Source: Octopus sinensis
Lineage: Eukaryota
Direction: 5' to 3'
Assembly: GCF_006345805.1 (NCBI RefSeq)
Contig: NC_043012.1
Coordinates: 25,172,001 to 25,236,000 of the forward strand
Length of the DNA: 64,000 nt
Shown one piece after another: positions 24,011 to 37,088 of this stretch (its first letter is position 1; each line of letters begins with the position of its first letter). The notes beneath the pieces are model-generated. The model saw only the letters and a program-made list of their open reading frames with translations, ran no database searches and was not told the DNA's origin. Position numbers and translations under genes: made by a program.

Positions 24011-25056
24011 ATGCATGCAGTAGGCGTAATAAATTTAGTACGGCTGTGACTTTGTATAAGACATTTTGCTTCCTGTTTAATTTTCTGACTGGAGAATACT
24101 ATTAAAAGTAAATGATTTTTTAATGATATTATACTTAATATTTAACCAACAACTTTTTGCAACCACTTATTGGAGCTCGACTTCGAGCTGCGTAATGTGT
24201 GCATAGAATGAAATGATGTCTTATAGCCATTACGCTTTAACGATTCGGGGAAAAAATATTTCAGCGTTTGTTCTTAATAATGGATGGCGGAATGTTAGAA
24301 ATCTTTAAGATTAAATCGTTGATATGCTAGCTTCTAATGCATCATTATAAAGAGATTTTGTCTTATCAAAGTTTCTATATTTAGTGACAGAGTAGAGCTT
24401 CCCCCTTGAAAATTATTAATCAGGTTCTTGAAATCTATGGTTAGATAACAGTAGCCTATATTATTATAATCTTTCATTGGTTTATCTTTGTACGCAGGAT
24501 GATGATAATATCTAGGAAATTACGAAACAAATGTTAGTGGTGGTTGTTATTTTCAGGCGGAAATTATCAAAGGTATTAGCAAGATCATATTTCATTTATC
24601 TAATATGTCGATTAGCGTGTTGGGCTATTTCTAAGCCATCGTTTTTATATAAACAAATGTTGATTTTAGCTAATTTCTTACTGGGTATGTGGATATGTAG
24701 GTCAAGACGACCCCTTGAGCTAAAGTGACACGACCAAAAGAGCATTTACTACAATTTATTGAAAATTACATACATTAGTACTGACTCTTGCAAACCCCAA
24801 TTTTTAAAAACATGATTGATAACATTAATAGAAATGTCTCGAGTCGGTTTAGAGATCGCAAATCATTGATAAAGTAACTTACAATCGTAAAAAGTTTGAA
24901 GAATATAGCGAGGAGAAAAACATGAACGAATATATCTCAAAGCTGTGTGATTTAAGCCAAATTTGGTTGCTCTTTTAGATGAGTCAGGTACCTCTGGCTT
25001 CATTCGTTAGTTTTGAATTCGATCATGGATTGTGGTAGATTTGACCCACAGATATA

Positions 25057-25612
25057 TTGGGTTGTCTGGAAAGTTCGTGCCGATTTATAGTAGCTTGCAT
25101 TTCGACTTATTTTAGAACATGGTTGAGTCTATAAAATAGGATTTGACTACACCTCCATTTAGAGTACAGTTTAAACTATCTTTTCGTGCAAGAAGGTTTA
25201 TGTACCTATAATCTGTGTTAATTCTGTAACCCTTTAAAATGGAAGATAAGAAAGTTTATTTTCGGCACTTGAGGCCTTGGGAACCAGACAAAAATTGCTG
25301 CGGATTGGCTGGGATGTGTTACCCCACCCTCTATATTCACCAGATATTGCTCTTTCGGATTTCCACTTATTCAGGTCTCTGCAGAATAGTCTTAATGGTA
25401 AAAATTTCAATTTCTTGGATGACATAAAAAGATACCTTGATGAATTCTTTGCCATGAGACCACCTCAATTTTGGGAAGGGGGTATTTTCAAGTTAAAGGA
25501 AAGATGGAGACGCAAAATGGTTCATATTGGGTTCATTAAAAATGTGATGGCAAGTATTTATTGACCTTTTTCTTTCCTTTAAAAATCGGCACGAACTTTC
25601 CACACAACCCGA
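25057..25612 (+). mobile_element. Non-autonomous mariner deletion derivative
   Basis: 30-bp TIRs (2 mismatches) TTGGGTTGTCTGGAAAGTTCGTGCCGATTT, TA TSDs; MEDKKVYFRHL joined to GWDVLPHPLYSPDIALSDFHLFRSLQN. Confidence 0.92.
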
Positions 25613-26244
25613 TAAATTCTTTTGGTTGCCGAATGTCAGTTTCTTAACGTAAATGATCACATGCTCAAACTATACACCAGCGATGAAACTAGAAATGACA
25701 ACCGACTTTCTATCAGGAACAAAGGTTTTCTCATTATTATAGAAGTGGGAGGACAGATTTGACAATGCAGTTTGAAATATAAGCCATTCTGCTAAATATA
25801 AGTTTAGTGTTATTAAACTGTCATGTCAGACAGCAGTATGAAAGTAGGTAATAATAAACAAAAACAGTTTTTCATCCCCAAAAAACATATTTAAAAAATA
25901 GGTTTAAACCACACTTACGAAGCCACAAATGTGATTTAATATAAATAACAAAGAAAAATGTTCGTATTATATTTCAATGTTTTTCACAATCTTCTGTTGA
26001 ATGAGATTGATTTACCGGTTACATACAAGACATTTACGTAGGCAGAAGAATCATACAGTTTAGTTTCTAATGTTAAATAATGCATTTGTTGTTGAGTTTC
26101 TACGTAAATATTTTCATCTAACTTTCTCTTCTGTGTTTAACTACTTCAATTGTGCATACATATAGCATGTCTAAGCTCTCTCTCTCTCTCTATTTCTCTC
26201 TCTCTCTCTGACTTATATCTAGTCATTCTTACTAATCGCGTATA

Positions 26245-26530
26245 TCTATTACATAAAATCCGTTCTGTCTGTCTGTGTGTGTGTCTTCTAGGATCTCGGG
26301 CATCCTCCATCCGATTGCGCTCAAATTTGATATGTAGATACCGACGGTATCAGGGCGTGTATAAGTCTTGAAAAAATTTTAAAAATCGATTTCATGTGAG
26401 AATGCGATCGATAAAGCTGTGGGAACGTACATTTGTAAAATAGTTTTTATTGGAATAGAAAAAAGTCTATCTTTATTTCTTCTTTTGCTGGTGTCTCAAA
26501 TTTAGGTTAAATCCGTGTTTCTCAAAGGGG
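26245..26530. mobile_element. Helitron/Helentron-associated (HINE/Lep1-like) non-autonomous repeat
   Basis: (TCTG)n near the end followed by TCCGATTGCGCTCAAATTTG; architecture resembles 34880 and the reverse of 40996. Confidence 0.45.
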
Positions 26531-26533
26531 AGG

Positions 26534-26537
<4 letters not shown>

Positions 26538-26575
<38 letters not shown>

Positions 26576-26586
26576 CATATATATAG

Positions 26587-26680
<94 letters not shown>

Positions 26681-26828
26681 TTACATATATATTATACATA
26701 TATTATATATATACATATATATATATATATACATAATATATATATATATACCTACATATATATATAATATATATATACATACATATATATATATACTCAT
26801 ATATATATATATATATATTACATATATA

Positions 26829-26909
<81 letters not shown>

Positions 26910-26923
26910 ATTTATATCATATA

Positions 26924-26968
<45 letters not shown>
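26538..26968. repeat. Long interrupted (TA)n tract
   Basis: Directly visible. Confidence 0.95.
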
Positions 26969-26971
<3 letters not shown>

Positions 26972-27598
26972 GGTTTATCCTGTACTGTGGAGAATAGGAT
27001 GTCTAATTCCTTCTTGAAGACATCTATTTCCACCTTATGCAGATTTCTTAATTGTTGTGGCAGAGCATCGAAGAGCAGTCGGTTTTTGAACCCTAGACTA
27101 TTTCAGTACCTGTTCCTTAAATTAGATGGTACACTACAATGGCGGCCATTTCTGGCATTTGTATAACATTCAATGCCGTAATTAGGCACTAGCCCTTCTA
27201 GGATATTCCATATGTATGTTATTGCATATCTCTCACGCCTTCGCTCCAGGGAGTAAAGTTGCAGTTTTCTTAGCCTATCCCTGAAGCTCATCCGCCGCAC
27301 TGTTGCAATCTTTTTAGTGTAGTGGCGTTGGACTGCTTCAAGCTCCGCTGTTAGTTTGGCACTATGCAGTGACCATAACTGGGAGTAGTTGTCCAAGGGG
27401 TTGAGAAGAAAGGTCCGCCACAGGGTCAAAATCATTTCTTGGTCTCTTGTCTTGAAAGACATCAGCATCCATCCTGGCAGTTGTCTGCACTTTGCTGCCA
27501 CCTTGCTTATGTGAATATGCAATGATGCGTCATTGCACATACTGATCCTCAAATCTTTCACTGTCTGTGATTCTGGTATTGTAGTGCCTTCAGTCCCT
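26972..27598 (-). mobile_element. CR1-group LINE, 3' RT fragment
   Basis: ORF 27103-27561 SQLWSLH..LEAVQRHYTKKI..RLRKLQLYSLERRRERY, continuing LFDALPQQLRNL..VFKKELD; typical CR1/L2 C-terminus. Confidence 0.88.
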
Positions 27599-27867
27599 GG
27601 ATATATGTATGTATGTATGTATGCATGTATGTGTGTATGTATGTATGTATAAGTTTGTATGAGTGAGTGTGTGTGTGTGTCTATGTGTCCATAATATATG
27701 CATATATATATATAATTTATATATTAGGCAAGATGTAAGTTAGAAGTTAGGCAACCATCTACAGGATAGATGTATTCGTAGGCACTCCTGGTGCCTCACT
27801 ATGTATAGTCCTCGTTATAAGGTATACGGTAGTAGGTAATTTAAAGGTAAAACCCTGGTTTAATGCA

Positions 27868-28526
27868 TATAGAGAAGATAAGAAATGAAGCAATAATTAA
27901 TAATGAGAAATGGATCATTGGTGTTTAAAAGTCGTTATTTAATTCAATTTGGAACATTTACAGCTGTTTCTCTTTATCAAATTGGTGTAAATTTACATTT
28001 ACCGCGTTACATTTAATAAACAACTTCAGAATTATTAGAGGGGAAAGAAAGGCAAAGAAAGAAAACGAAAAATGAAAAAGCAAAAAGAAAAAGAACAGAG
28101 TTCGTTAATGCTAAAGGCTTATATTTTAGTGACTTGTATATTTCCACGTGTTGGTAGATTCCTTCATTCGATGCGTGTGGGGACAATGGCAATTTGACCG
28201 GTGGTGTTGGCCAAGGGAGTTATATCTAGTGGGGATATCCAGTGTTGTTATTAGTAATACGTAACGCTAAATTGTGGCTTCTAATTTAGTCCCTGTAATT
28301 TCGAAGGAAGCCCTTGTATAAACCTTTCCTTTTCTTTCCCCTCTAATCGTTCTGAAGGTGTTTATTAAGTGTAACAGGGGTAAATGCAAATGTAAATTTA
28401 CTGCAATTTGATAAACAGTAACAGCTGTAAATGTTCCAAATTCAATTAAATAATGACTTTTAAACACCAGTCATTCACTTCTATTTGTTAATTATTGCTC
28501 CATTTCTTATATTCTTTCTCTATACA
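27868..28526. repeat. Diverged fold-back: ~190-200-bp arms, ~270-bp spacer
   Basis: TTTGGAACATTTACAGCTGTT / AACAGCTGTAAATGTTCCAAA and flanking matches. Confidence 0.8.
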
Positions 28527-29174
28527 TACATACATATATATATATACATACATGTGTGTGTATTTTTTATTCACATTGGTATTCATGAGTGTAACTAGAA
28601 ATGTGAGTTTGCGTTTGGGTATGTGTGCGCGTGTGTGCGCGCGCACTTGTGTGAGAGACAAAGGAGAGTCAAGTAGAGAGAGAGAGAGAGAGAGAGACAG
28701 AGTTTGAATATACATATGACACAAGCATACGTTAGCGAAATAGAGCAGCATAATACGAAGTTGAAAATACCTGCGTATAAACACCAACGAATGCAATATT
28801 TAATTGTAGAGAATATGTGTGACAGTGTGGTAAGAATTTCGCTTCCAAACCACATACCACAAGGTACGGAATTCTAGCATGAATGTAGCACAGGAAGCAT
28901 ATTGTTGATATTTCAGTTATTCCATTGCGATCATTATTCGTTGCAAATCGATAATAAAAACTATTTAATTAGTATTATTTTTCTGTCGGTGTGTGTGTCT
29001 CTATTATATGTGTCTCCATTATGTTTTCAACTGTCTTCAATGAGTATACCGTTGGGAAATCCATGAATGCTACTACCACTCCTCCTCCATTTCTTTCCCC
29101 CATTCTGACAAACAACTTGTGTGATAGCCGAATACAGAAGAAAACAATGTGATATTCCTTTGTTTAAATTGGAA

Positions 29175-29264
<90 letters not shown>

Positions 29265-30124
29265 TGTATGTATGCATGTATGTATGTATGTAGTATGTAT
29301 GTATGTATGTTGAGGTATGCGATCCTTGAAACTGCCTCGTAGGAAAGTTTCAAGAATTACATTGAAAGTGACTGCCACCTTGACTCAGCTATCCTTGAAC
29401 TTTTGTCATTCATTTCGAAACGAAGAATATAAAAGGCTTTGATAAACGATCTACAAAGAAACAGCCTTTCAATTCCAGTTTGCGTTTCGTTAAGTTAGAA
29501 CATACTAAAAACACACTGTGGGCGTCATATTGTACGGTATATATCAAATCTTATATTCTTGACACAGATAAAAGAAGCAACATTCCAACTCAAAATTCTG
29601 GATGATGTAATACTAGAAAACTTTCAAGATTCAAGATGCAATACATATTATGAAATATGGTGGTATGATAAATAACTGGAAACCCCAAAACTTTAATATC
29701 GCAATCTGTGTGACCTTGAGCTACAGATGCGTGTTTTCAGCGGTCTCGTCCCTCGTCTCGTAAGATATAAGAAACACACCTGTGACTGTCATATATTACG
29801 CAATATTTTTTACCTTTTCGGCCAATACACTGGTTATACTTCTAAGAATTGGAGAAGTGAAAAAGGTGATTTGTGGTATTCATGATAAGAGAATTTTGCG
29901 CAGCATAGATCTGCTTATAGGAAAATAGGGAATGGTGATGGTCACAAATAGAACGTCTTTGTTGATTCATTTAATGAGTAGTTGATCTGGTGCTAAGCGC
30001 AGTAATATTTTTTCTTGTAAATGCGTTCGAAGGACGTCAAGCCCAAGCAATCATAAAGTTCATATTTGTAGAACGTATTCATTACAAATAACATATCTCT
30101 GTGTTGGAGCAATTGTTCCTTTAT

Positions 30125-30543
30125 TTTTTACGTGTTTCAGTCATTTAACCGCGGCCGTGCTGGAGCACCGCATTTTTAGTCGAACAAATCGACCCCAGGA
30201 GTTATTCGTTGTAAGCCTAGTACGTATTCTATCGGTTATATTGCCGAACCGCTAAGTTACGCGTACGGAAACACACCAACATAGTTGTGGGACAAACACA
30301 GACACACAACAATATGCACACGCACATGGGCACACAAATACATACACATGCACACACACATACATACACATATATAAATCCGACAGGCTTCTTTCGGGTT
30401 CTGTCTACCAATTCCCCTCACAAGACTCTGGCCGGACTGAGGCTATAGTAGTAGACACTTGTACAATGTGCCATACAGTGGGACTGAACCCGGAACCATG
30501 TGAGTGGTAAGCAAGCTACTCACCATACAGCCACTCCTGCGCC
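30125..30543 (-). mobile_element. SINE family B
   Basis: Reverse complement of the family consensus. Confidence 0.85.
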
Positions 30544-30841
30544 TATATACAAAATAATATACAAATTAATAAATAGACGCAATATCGCATTGCGTTATAG
30601 GAATAAATAACAAGACTCGTCGTCTCCAGCAACGGCCAAAACACAGCACTTACCGAGATCGTTCATTCTCTTGCTATTTCTTGAGCCTTAGGATTCAGAA
30701 TGCTGATCACCCGGTGTCCATTGCTAATAAGTAACCTAAATCACAACATTCCCTTAGACAGGATACCGGGTCCAAAGCCAAAACATTTTCAGTGAAGGGT
30801 ATAAGATGATTATACCAACAACAAGACTTGACTGGTACACC

Positions 30842-31072
30842 TATTTCTTTACGACCCACAAGGGGCTACACACAGAGGGGACAAACAAGGACAGACAAAC
30901 GGATTAAGCTGATTATATCGACCTCAGCGCGCACCTGGTACTTATTTAATCGACCCCGAAAGGATGAAAGGCAAAGTCGACCTCGGCGGAATTTGAACTC
31001 AGAACATAGCGGCAGACGAAATGCCGCTTAGCATTTCGCCCGGCGTGCTAACGTTTCTGCCAGCTCGCCGCC
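30842..31072 (-). mobile_element. SINE family C monomer with 14-bp TSD
   Basis: TTGACTGGTACACC at 30828-30841 and 31073-31086. Confidence 0.92.
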
Positions 31073-32038
31073 TTGACTGGTACACCGTTGACGGTGTTAG
31101 TTCGACTGTGTTGGTTTACCGTGTTAGTTCGAGGTGTGTTAGTATAACAGTCGGTAGTTGAACAGTGAATGCTGAATATCGTATCTAGGTTCGAGTAGTA
31201 CCGAGTGCATTCTGTGTTAACATATATTTCTGCGATAGCTTATTTTTTAGATAAGTACATCTAACTATTTATTTGTGTAATGCCATTTTACGCCGGGCGT
31301 GTATTCCACGTCATATTATAAACACATTCCTGGCAACTGGTTCACACATTAATTGCTCGTAGGTACACCACATTTCATTTCGGGACCATAATGTATTAAT
31401 AGATCATAAGTTAATACTGTATCCTACTTTGTATTAGCAGTGCGTTATTTACATTTTTAAGTGTATCGCTACAAGTTTTCTAGAGATTTTACAGCTAACA
31501 CTGAAAGTTATGGCCGAATGATTAAGAAATTCTTATTGTAGCAATGACATCCTATGGCCTGCATCTTCTACAAATTTTATTATTTATAGCCTTGGATCGA
31601 TCCATGTGTGGCGACTGAGATTGAGGTAGGTGAACATTTATGGAAAGCTGTCGGCTAATTTCAATTGTGATCTATTATGTGATCTATTCAAATGATAGAA
31701 CCTACTCATATACAGTTTCACGCTTAGGTTTATATTGAAAGTATGATTGTGTGAATGATACTCAGCTACTCACATGTTAATTCACTGAGCAAGTAATACA
31801 CTAGATCGAAGAAATAAATCCTCTTCGTCGGACGACGGAGATTCACCATATACGATAGAAAATAGATTACGATATAAGTTGAAGTAGGGACGTAAAAAGG
31901 CGAAGTAAATAACCATCCACTCGCCGTTCAGTCGGAGACAGTAGTTATTTTCTGGCCAGAAAGGAAATCTTAGCAATGGCGCTGAAAGTAAAACACACGC
32001 ACACACACACACACAGACATACATACGCACACACACAC

Positions 32039-32090
<52 letters not shown>

Positions 32091-32312
32091 TTTGCATCAT
32101 GAAATGAAGTAGAAAATAACCGTCAGTGTTAAACAGATGTTAGACAAATCTTGAGAGTGAGAGGACAACAAATTATGAGTTCGAAACTTATAAATAAGGT
32201 TATGGCTATGTGTGCATATCCGATATATATATACACATATTCATAGAAAACATATATATGTAGACATATATATATACATATATATATAATATATATCTGC
32301 TCTTAAAATAAA

Positions 32313-32391
<79 letters not shown>

Positions 32392-32511
32392 TGTGTGTGT
32401 ATGCGTATAAAATATATATACATATATATATACACACACACATACATACATATGCAAGTAATGCCACACAAACATGTATTTTTGTATATATATATATAAT
32501 ATATATATATC

Positions 32512-32543
<32 letters not shown>

Positions 32544-33590
32544 ATATATACGTGTACATATATATATATATATATATATAGATATATGTATGTGTGCATG
32601 TAAATGTACGTGCATACAGAGGTTGAGAAAAAGAGATAATGAGAGAAAGCTAAAGAGATTGATAGTCAAGGCCTGTTCAATCGATCGGTAGGATACTATT
32701 TTTTAAACTTTATTTCTTTGTGTGAAATGGAAACATTTATGTACGCCAACGCATCGGATAGTTATAACGTACAACCGAACGGATATGCTAGCACGTACAT
32801 TCATTATATATACTCCATTATCTCTCTATGTCTCTGTGTATACACGCAAATACACACACACACACACACGCACACACACACATACACACACACACACACA
32901 CATATATATTATGTCTCATAAATATATACGTATATAAATACATATATATATTTATACAATCACAAATACGAGTACATATATATATATGCTTATGATGTAT
33001 AAAAAAGACTGGTAGCTAACATAGCACAACAAAGTAACTCACCTGGAGAGAGGCAGCTGAAGAAATATCTAGAATTCCATTACACGGAAAGTCTTTTATG
33101 TAGACTCGAACTATTCAAGTGTTAAGAATGTTCAGAAAAAAATAATGAAAATCTAACATTCATGTAATAATATGTTTAACGTTTCCTTTGGCGAAATATA
33201 TTTGGAATGTTATCTTGAAAAAATGTTTCCTGTTTGGTCTTTCTTTATTTGCCATTATTACTGTTTTTGCTACCTCTATTAAGGTTTTACTGTTGCTGTT
33301 GCTGTTGTTAGTGGTGTCGCCGTTCTTGTCGTCATCGTCGTTGTTGGTTGTGCCGATATCACACCAAGATCTTGTAGACTTGTCCTTTAACACTGTGTAA
33401 CACGATTTTTCATTCTTTGGGTAACAACTGTTACCTATTTTTGCTTTTGTAACATTTAATCAAACCACAAAAAATTCTTCTTAACACATGGCTATGATGT
33501 TTCCCTAGTACTCCTGCTCATGATCAGAAATGCACATTTTGCCAGCTAGTAAGCGACGCAAGCTAATTTCTGGTAATCAGATGAATATTT

Positions 33591-34087
33591 ATAGTTATCG
33601 CCATACTAATATGGCATTCTTATAAAAATAAGAATAAAGCTGTCCGCTTATTAGCTCCATGAGGCCATCGCCTTAAGTTAGCTATTTGATACACAAACTG
33701 TATCCATATAACCTTCGAACAAGGGAGGTCAGTCGCTCCACACCACTTGATCGACAGCTACAGACGCGTTTCGGGTATTGCCCCTTGTCAATGTAGCGTA
33801 GTCAGACCAGTAGGTGTCGCTTCCGACTATCTCTGTTCGAAGGTTTTATTTACCTAGTTTCGGTGGAATACATCCACTTGTTTTCAATAATAGAAATATT
33901 AAAATTACTAAGTCTCTCTAAAAGAGAACACGGCAGCGTTCCTGGAAATTAATAGTTATCGCCATACTAATATGGCATTCTTATAAAAATAAGAATAAAA
34001 CTGTTCGCTTATTAGCTCCATGAGGCCATCGCCTTAAGTTAGCTATTTGATACACAAACTGTATCCATATAACCTTCGAACAAGGGA
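33591..34087. repeat. 136-bp direct repeats (33591-33726, 33952-34087; 2 mismatches), 361-bp period
   Basis: Directly visible duplication enclosing an HHR. Confidence 0.92.
33758..33796 (-). ncRNA. Minimal hammerhead ribozyme, U3:A8 compensated core
   Basis: CTACA-TTGACAA-GGG-GCAATA-CCC-GAAA-CGCG-TC-TGTAG; 5-bp stem I, G10.1-C11.1 helix II, palindromic ACGCGT, GUC triplet. Confidence 0.8.
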
Positions 34088-34841
34088 TTGTAATCGAACA
34101 TTGTAATGGAAGAAAATTTACTTGAAATCATCTAGCATATTATCTACCACCATATTATCCAGTGTGATCTTCATTTGGATTTTCTATCAATGTGATTTGA
34201 AGGAGTAATTTTGTTACTATTTGAAATATCTGGAGTAAGGATGTTCACACACCCAAATTTAGGTACAACAAATTTTGAATGTACTGCAAAGTATCGTGAA
34301 AAATATATGCGGCTTCGATAATTAAACTGTGTAAAAACATAATTTTTCGTCTCTTTGTTTTGACCAGTAAGTACTATTACTTATTTGCTTCAAATCACTT
34401 CCATTCCCATCAAATTTTGCTTTAGTGACCTGGACATCAATGTTCTGAAAGTGACCTATTTTCCATTACATTTTAGACATTTTCAACACTGAGAGTCAAG
34501 ACTATTGAAAATGTTACTAGACGCAACGAAATTTTAGGGATATAAAAATAAGCAATAAGTGAATGTTTTACCGGTGAGTGTGTTAAATTGCAAGGCACGA
34601 AAAAAAAATATGATTCTTCCCAGACACAACAGAATATGCTTCAACACACGAACTCATATAAAGAATCTTGCAAACCAAACCCCAAGACAACACTGAGCTG
34701 TTCAAGCAGAAATATCATTATTGAAATTATTCTGCTCAATACCACAGATTTGTTTCTCAGTTAGTTACTTGACCTTAACCACTTAAATACACACATACAT
34801 ACATACATTCATACATACATACATTCATACATGCATATATG

Positions 34842-34872
<31 letters not shown>

Positions 34873-34879
34873 GTATATT

Positions 34880-35200
34880 TATATATATATAACTGAATGT
34901 GTGTCTGTCTGTCTGTGTGTTTCCCTAAAACTTGAGAACTACACAACCAATTTCATTCAAATTTTACACATGCTTTACTTAGGGTCCATGTAGAGCCATG
35001 GGCAAAAACGACTTCTAACTTCTTGCCTAGGACAAGCCTACAACAATATATCTTCTCCACTATTTCAGTATTACGAGTTAAAAGTGAAACAAAAACATCT
35101 CTCTATTGTAATATCAGATACTTTAACTTTAACACTGAAACTATTAAAGTCAAACTATTATATGAACCATTAACAGTGGACATCCATTTTGCTAGAAGGA
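34880..35200. mobile_element. HINE/Lep1-like non-autonomous repeat
   Basis: TGTCTGTCTGTCTG followed by CCAATTTCATTCAAATTTTACAC. Confidence 0.45.
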
Positions 35201-35224
35201 GATCCGCTATGGTCTTGTATGCTA

Positions 35225-35702
35225 CCCAGTAAGTTATGGGGATGTAAATAAACGAACACCAGTTGTGAGGCAGTGATTTGGGAGAAACACAAAGACACAC
35301 ACACAGACTTACATATATACATAAATATATATACGATTGATTTCTTTCAGTTTCTGTCTACAAAATCCACCTACAAGGCTTTGGTTGGTCTGCGGCTATA
35401 GCAGAAGACACATGCCAAGTCACTACACAGTGGGGCTGAACTGAGGACCATGTGTTTTGGAACGAAGTTTGTTACCATACAGCTACACCTGCACCTGTGT
35501 GTGTGTATGTGTGTATGGGTGTATATATGTATGCATGTATATATGTGTATATATATATATATATATAGATGTACACATATATATTCACATATACACATGC
35601 ATACATATATACACCCATACACACATACACACACACAGGTGCAGGTGTAGCTGTGTGGTAACAAACTTCGTTCCAAAACACATGGTCCTCAGTTCAGTCC
35701 CA
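35225..35702 (-). mobile_element. SINE family B with inverted duplication of its head and flank
   Basis: Minus-strand B copy; 35431-35560 mirrored at ~35575-35702. Confidence 0.85.
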
Positions 35703-35929
35703 AAGCCTTGTCAGTGGATTTTGTATATATATGTATAGATAAATTTTTGGTTGACGGGGATATATGATACAAACGAGTACGAATATGCTCTTCTACAGAT
35801 TAATAATGCTGGTCAACATCTGGGAGCTTATGTACCTTCAGTTGGTTGGCTTAACTATTTGTCGTACATTCTCGCGCCTAGAAATCCAATTGTGTCTATA
35901 GACACTGCATGATTTTCAATAAAAGAGCA

Positions 35930-36325
35930 ATAATAACGAATCAGTTTAAGGAATACAGAGAAAAGAAAATATCCCGTTTTTTTTATTGTGCAGTCATTTA
36001 CGTTCTCCTTTCTCTGCCTACTGTACGTTTCTGTCGCTATCAAGGTACATCTTCCGCATCTTTTGGTGCACTATGATGCTTAATATCCATGAAGGGCTTC
36101 ATAAGGGCATTTTGACCGCTAATTTCGAAGAAATCAAATTAGCGGTCAAAATGTCCTGATGAAGAATTTGATGGACATTAGCATCATAATGCACGAAAAG
36201 ATGCGAAAGCCGCACCTTGATAGCGGCAGAAACATTACGGAGGCGAGAAAAGAAGAACATAAATGGCTGCATAATAAAAAATTGGATAGTCTCTATTCTC
36301 TGTATACGTTAAACTGACTCATTAT
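35930..36325. repeat. Diverged palindrome: ~190-bp arms, 10-bp loop
   Basis: CATTTTGACCGCTAATTT-CGAAGAAATC-AAATTAGCGGTCAAAATG; arms extend to TCAGTTTAA / TTAAACTGA. Confidence 0.88.
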
Positions 36326-36585
36326 ACTTACAAACATATATACATACATGCATACATATATACATACACACACACATACATATATATATATATAAAATAC
36401 AACAAAATTAGAAAATGGAGAAACATACTTAAATCAATAAAACATCAACTATCAGATGATACCCAATCAATACTTTATTACACCATTACATATCAGTAAA
36501 GGCATTATACAAAATATACACTAAAAGTAAAAGGACAAAGAGATATAAGTATAAAATTTCAAATATAATATGTAATTAAATCAAA

Positions 36586-36695
36586 TCTGACAGCTGTTTC
36601 GGCAGTGAGGGCAGTCATACCTCATTTAACCTATAAGCCATAAAGGCAGGTATAAATGAGGCATTAACAAGGATGCCCCACGGCCTCTTCAGAGA
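36586..36695 (-). ncRNA. Hammerhead ribozyme with intact core and 85-nt extended helix II
   Basis: TCT-CTGAAGA-GGC..GCC-GAAA-CAGCTG-TC-AGA; insert folds as GTGGGGCA/TGCCCTCAC, CCTCATTTA/TAAATGAGG, ACCT/AGGT, GCC/GGC. Confidence 0.78.
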
Positions 36696-37030
36696 ATTAA
36701 TTTTGTTATAATTGTGAAAAAGATTATTTAACCATATACATATAAATATAAAAATATAAAAATGTAAAATATAAAAACTTATGCATAAACTTCATAATGC
36801 TACACTTATATAATATAATACTCATTGGTACAATAATGCAAGGTAAACAGAACAAAATAAAACAAAATATATATCAGTGTATATATTAATATTAATAAGC
36901 ACCGTTATTATACATATTTGGCTAATAGTTTTTTTAAAAAAAACTAACACATAGGGAGATGAAAAATAATAATTAAAACCATGGTTCAGTTCATAAAATT
37001 ATAAAGCTATAAAAGTCAATAAAAATTACT

Positions 37031-37088
<58 letters not shown>

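Noticed and set aside
30658-30739. Minus-strand segment with AG/GTAAGT boundaries
   Set aside because: Stops in all three frames; could only be UTR and is unsupported.
33041-33108. Candidate minus-strand exon RVYIKDFPCNGILDISSAASLQ with GTGAGT donor
   Set aside because: No homology and no compatible partner exon; unsupported without RNA data.
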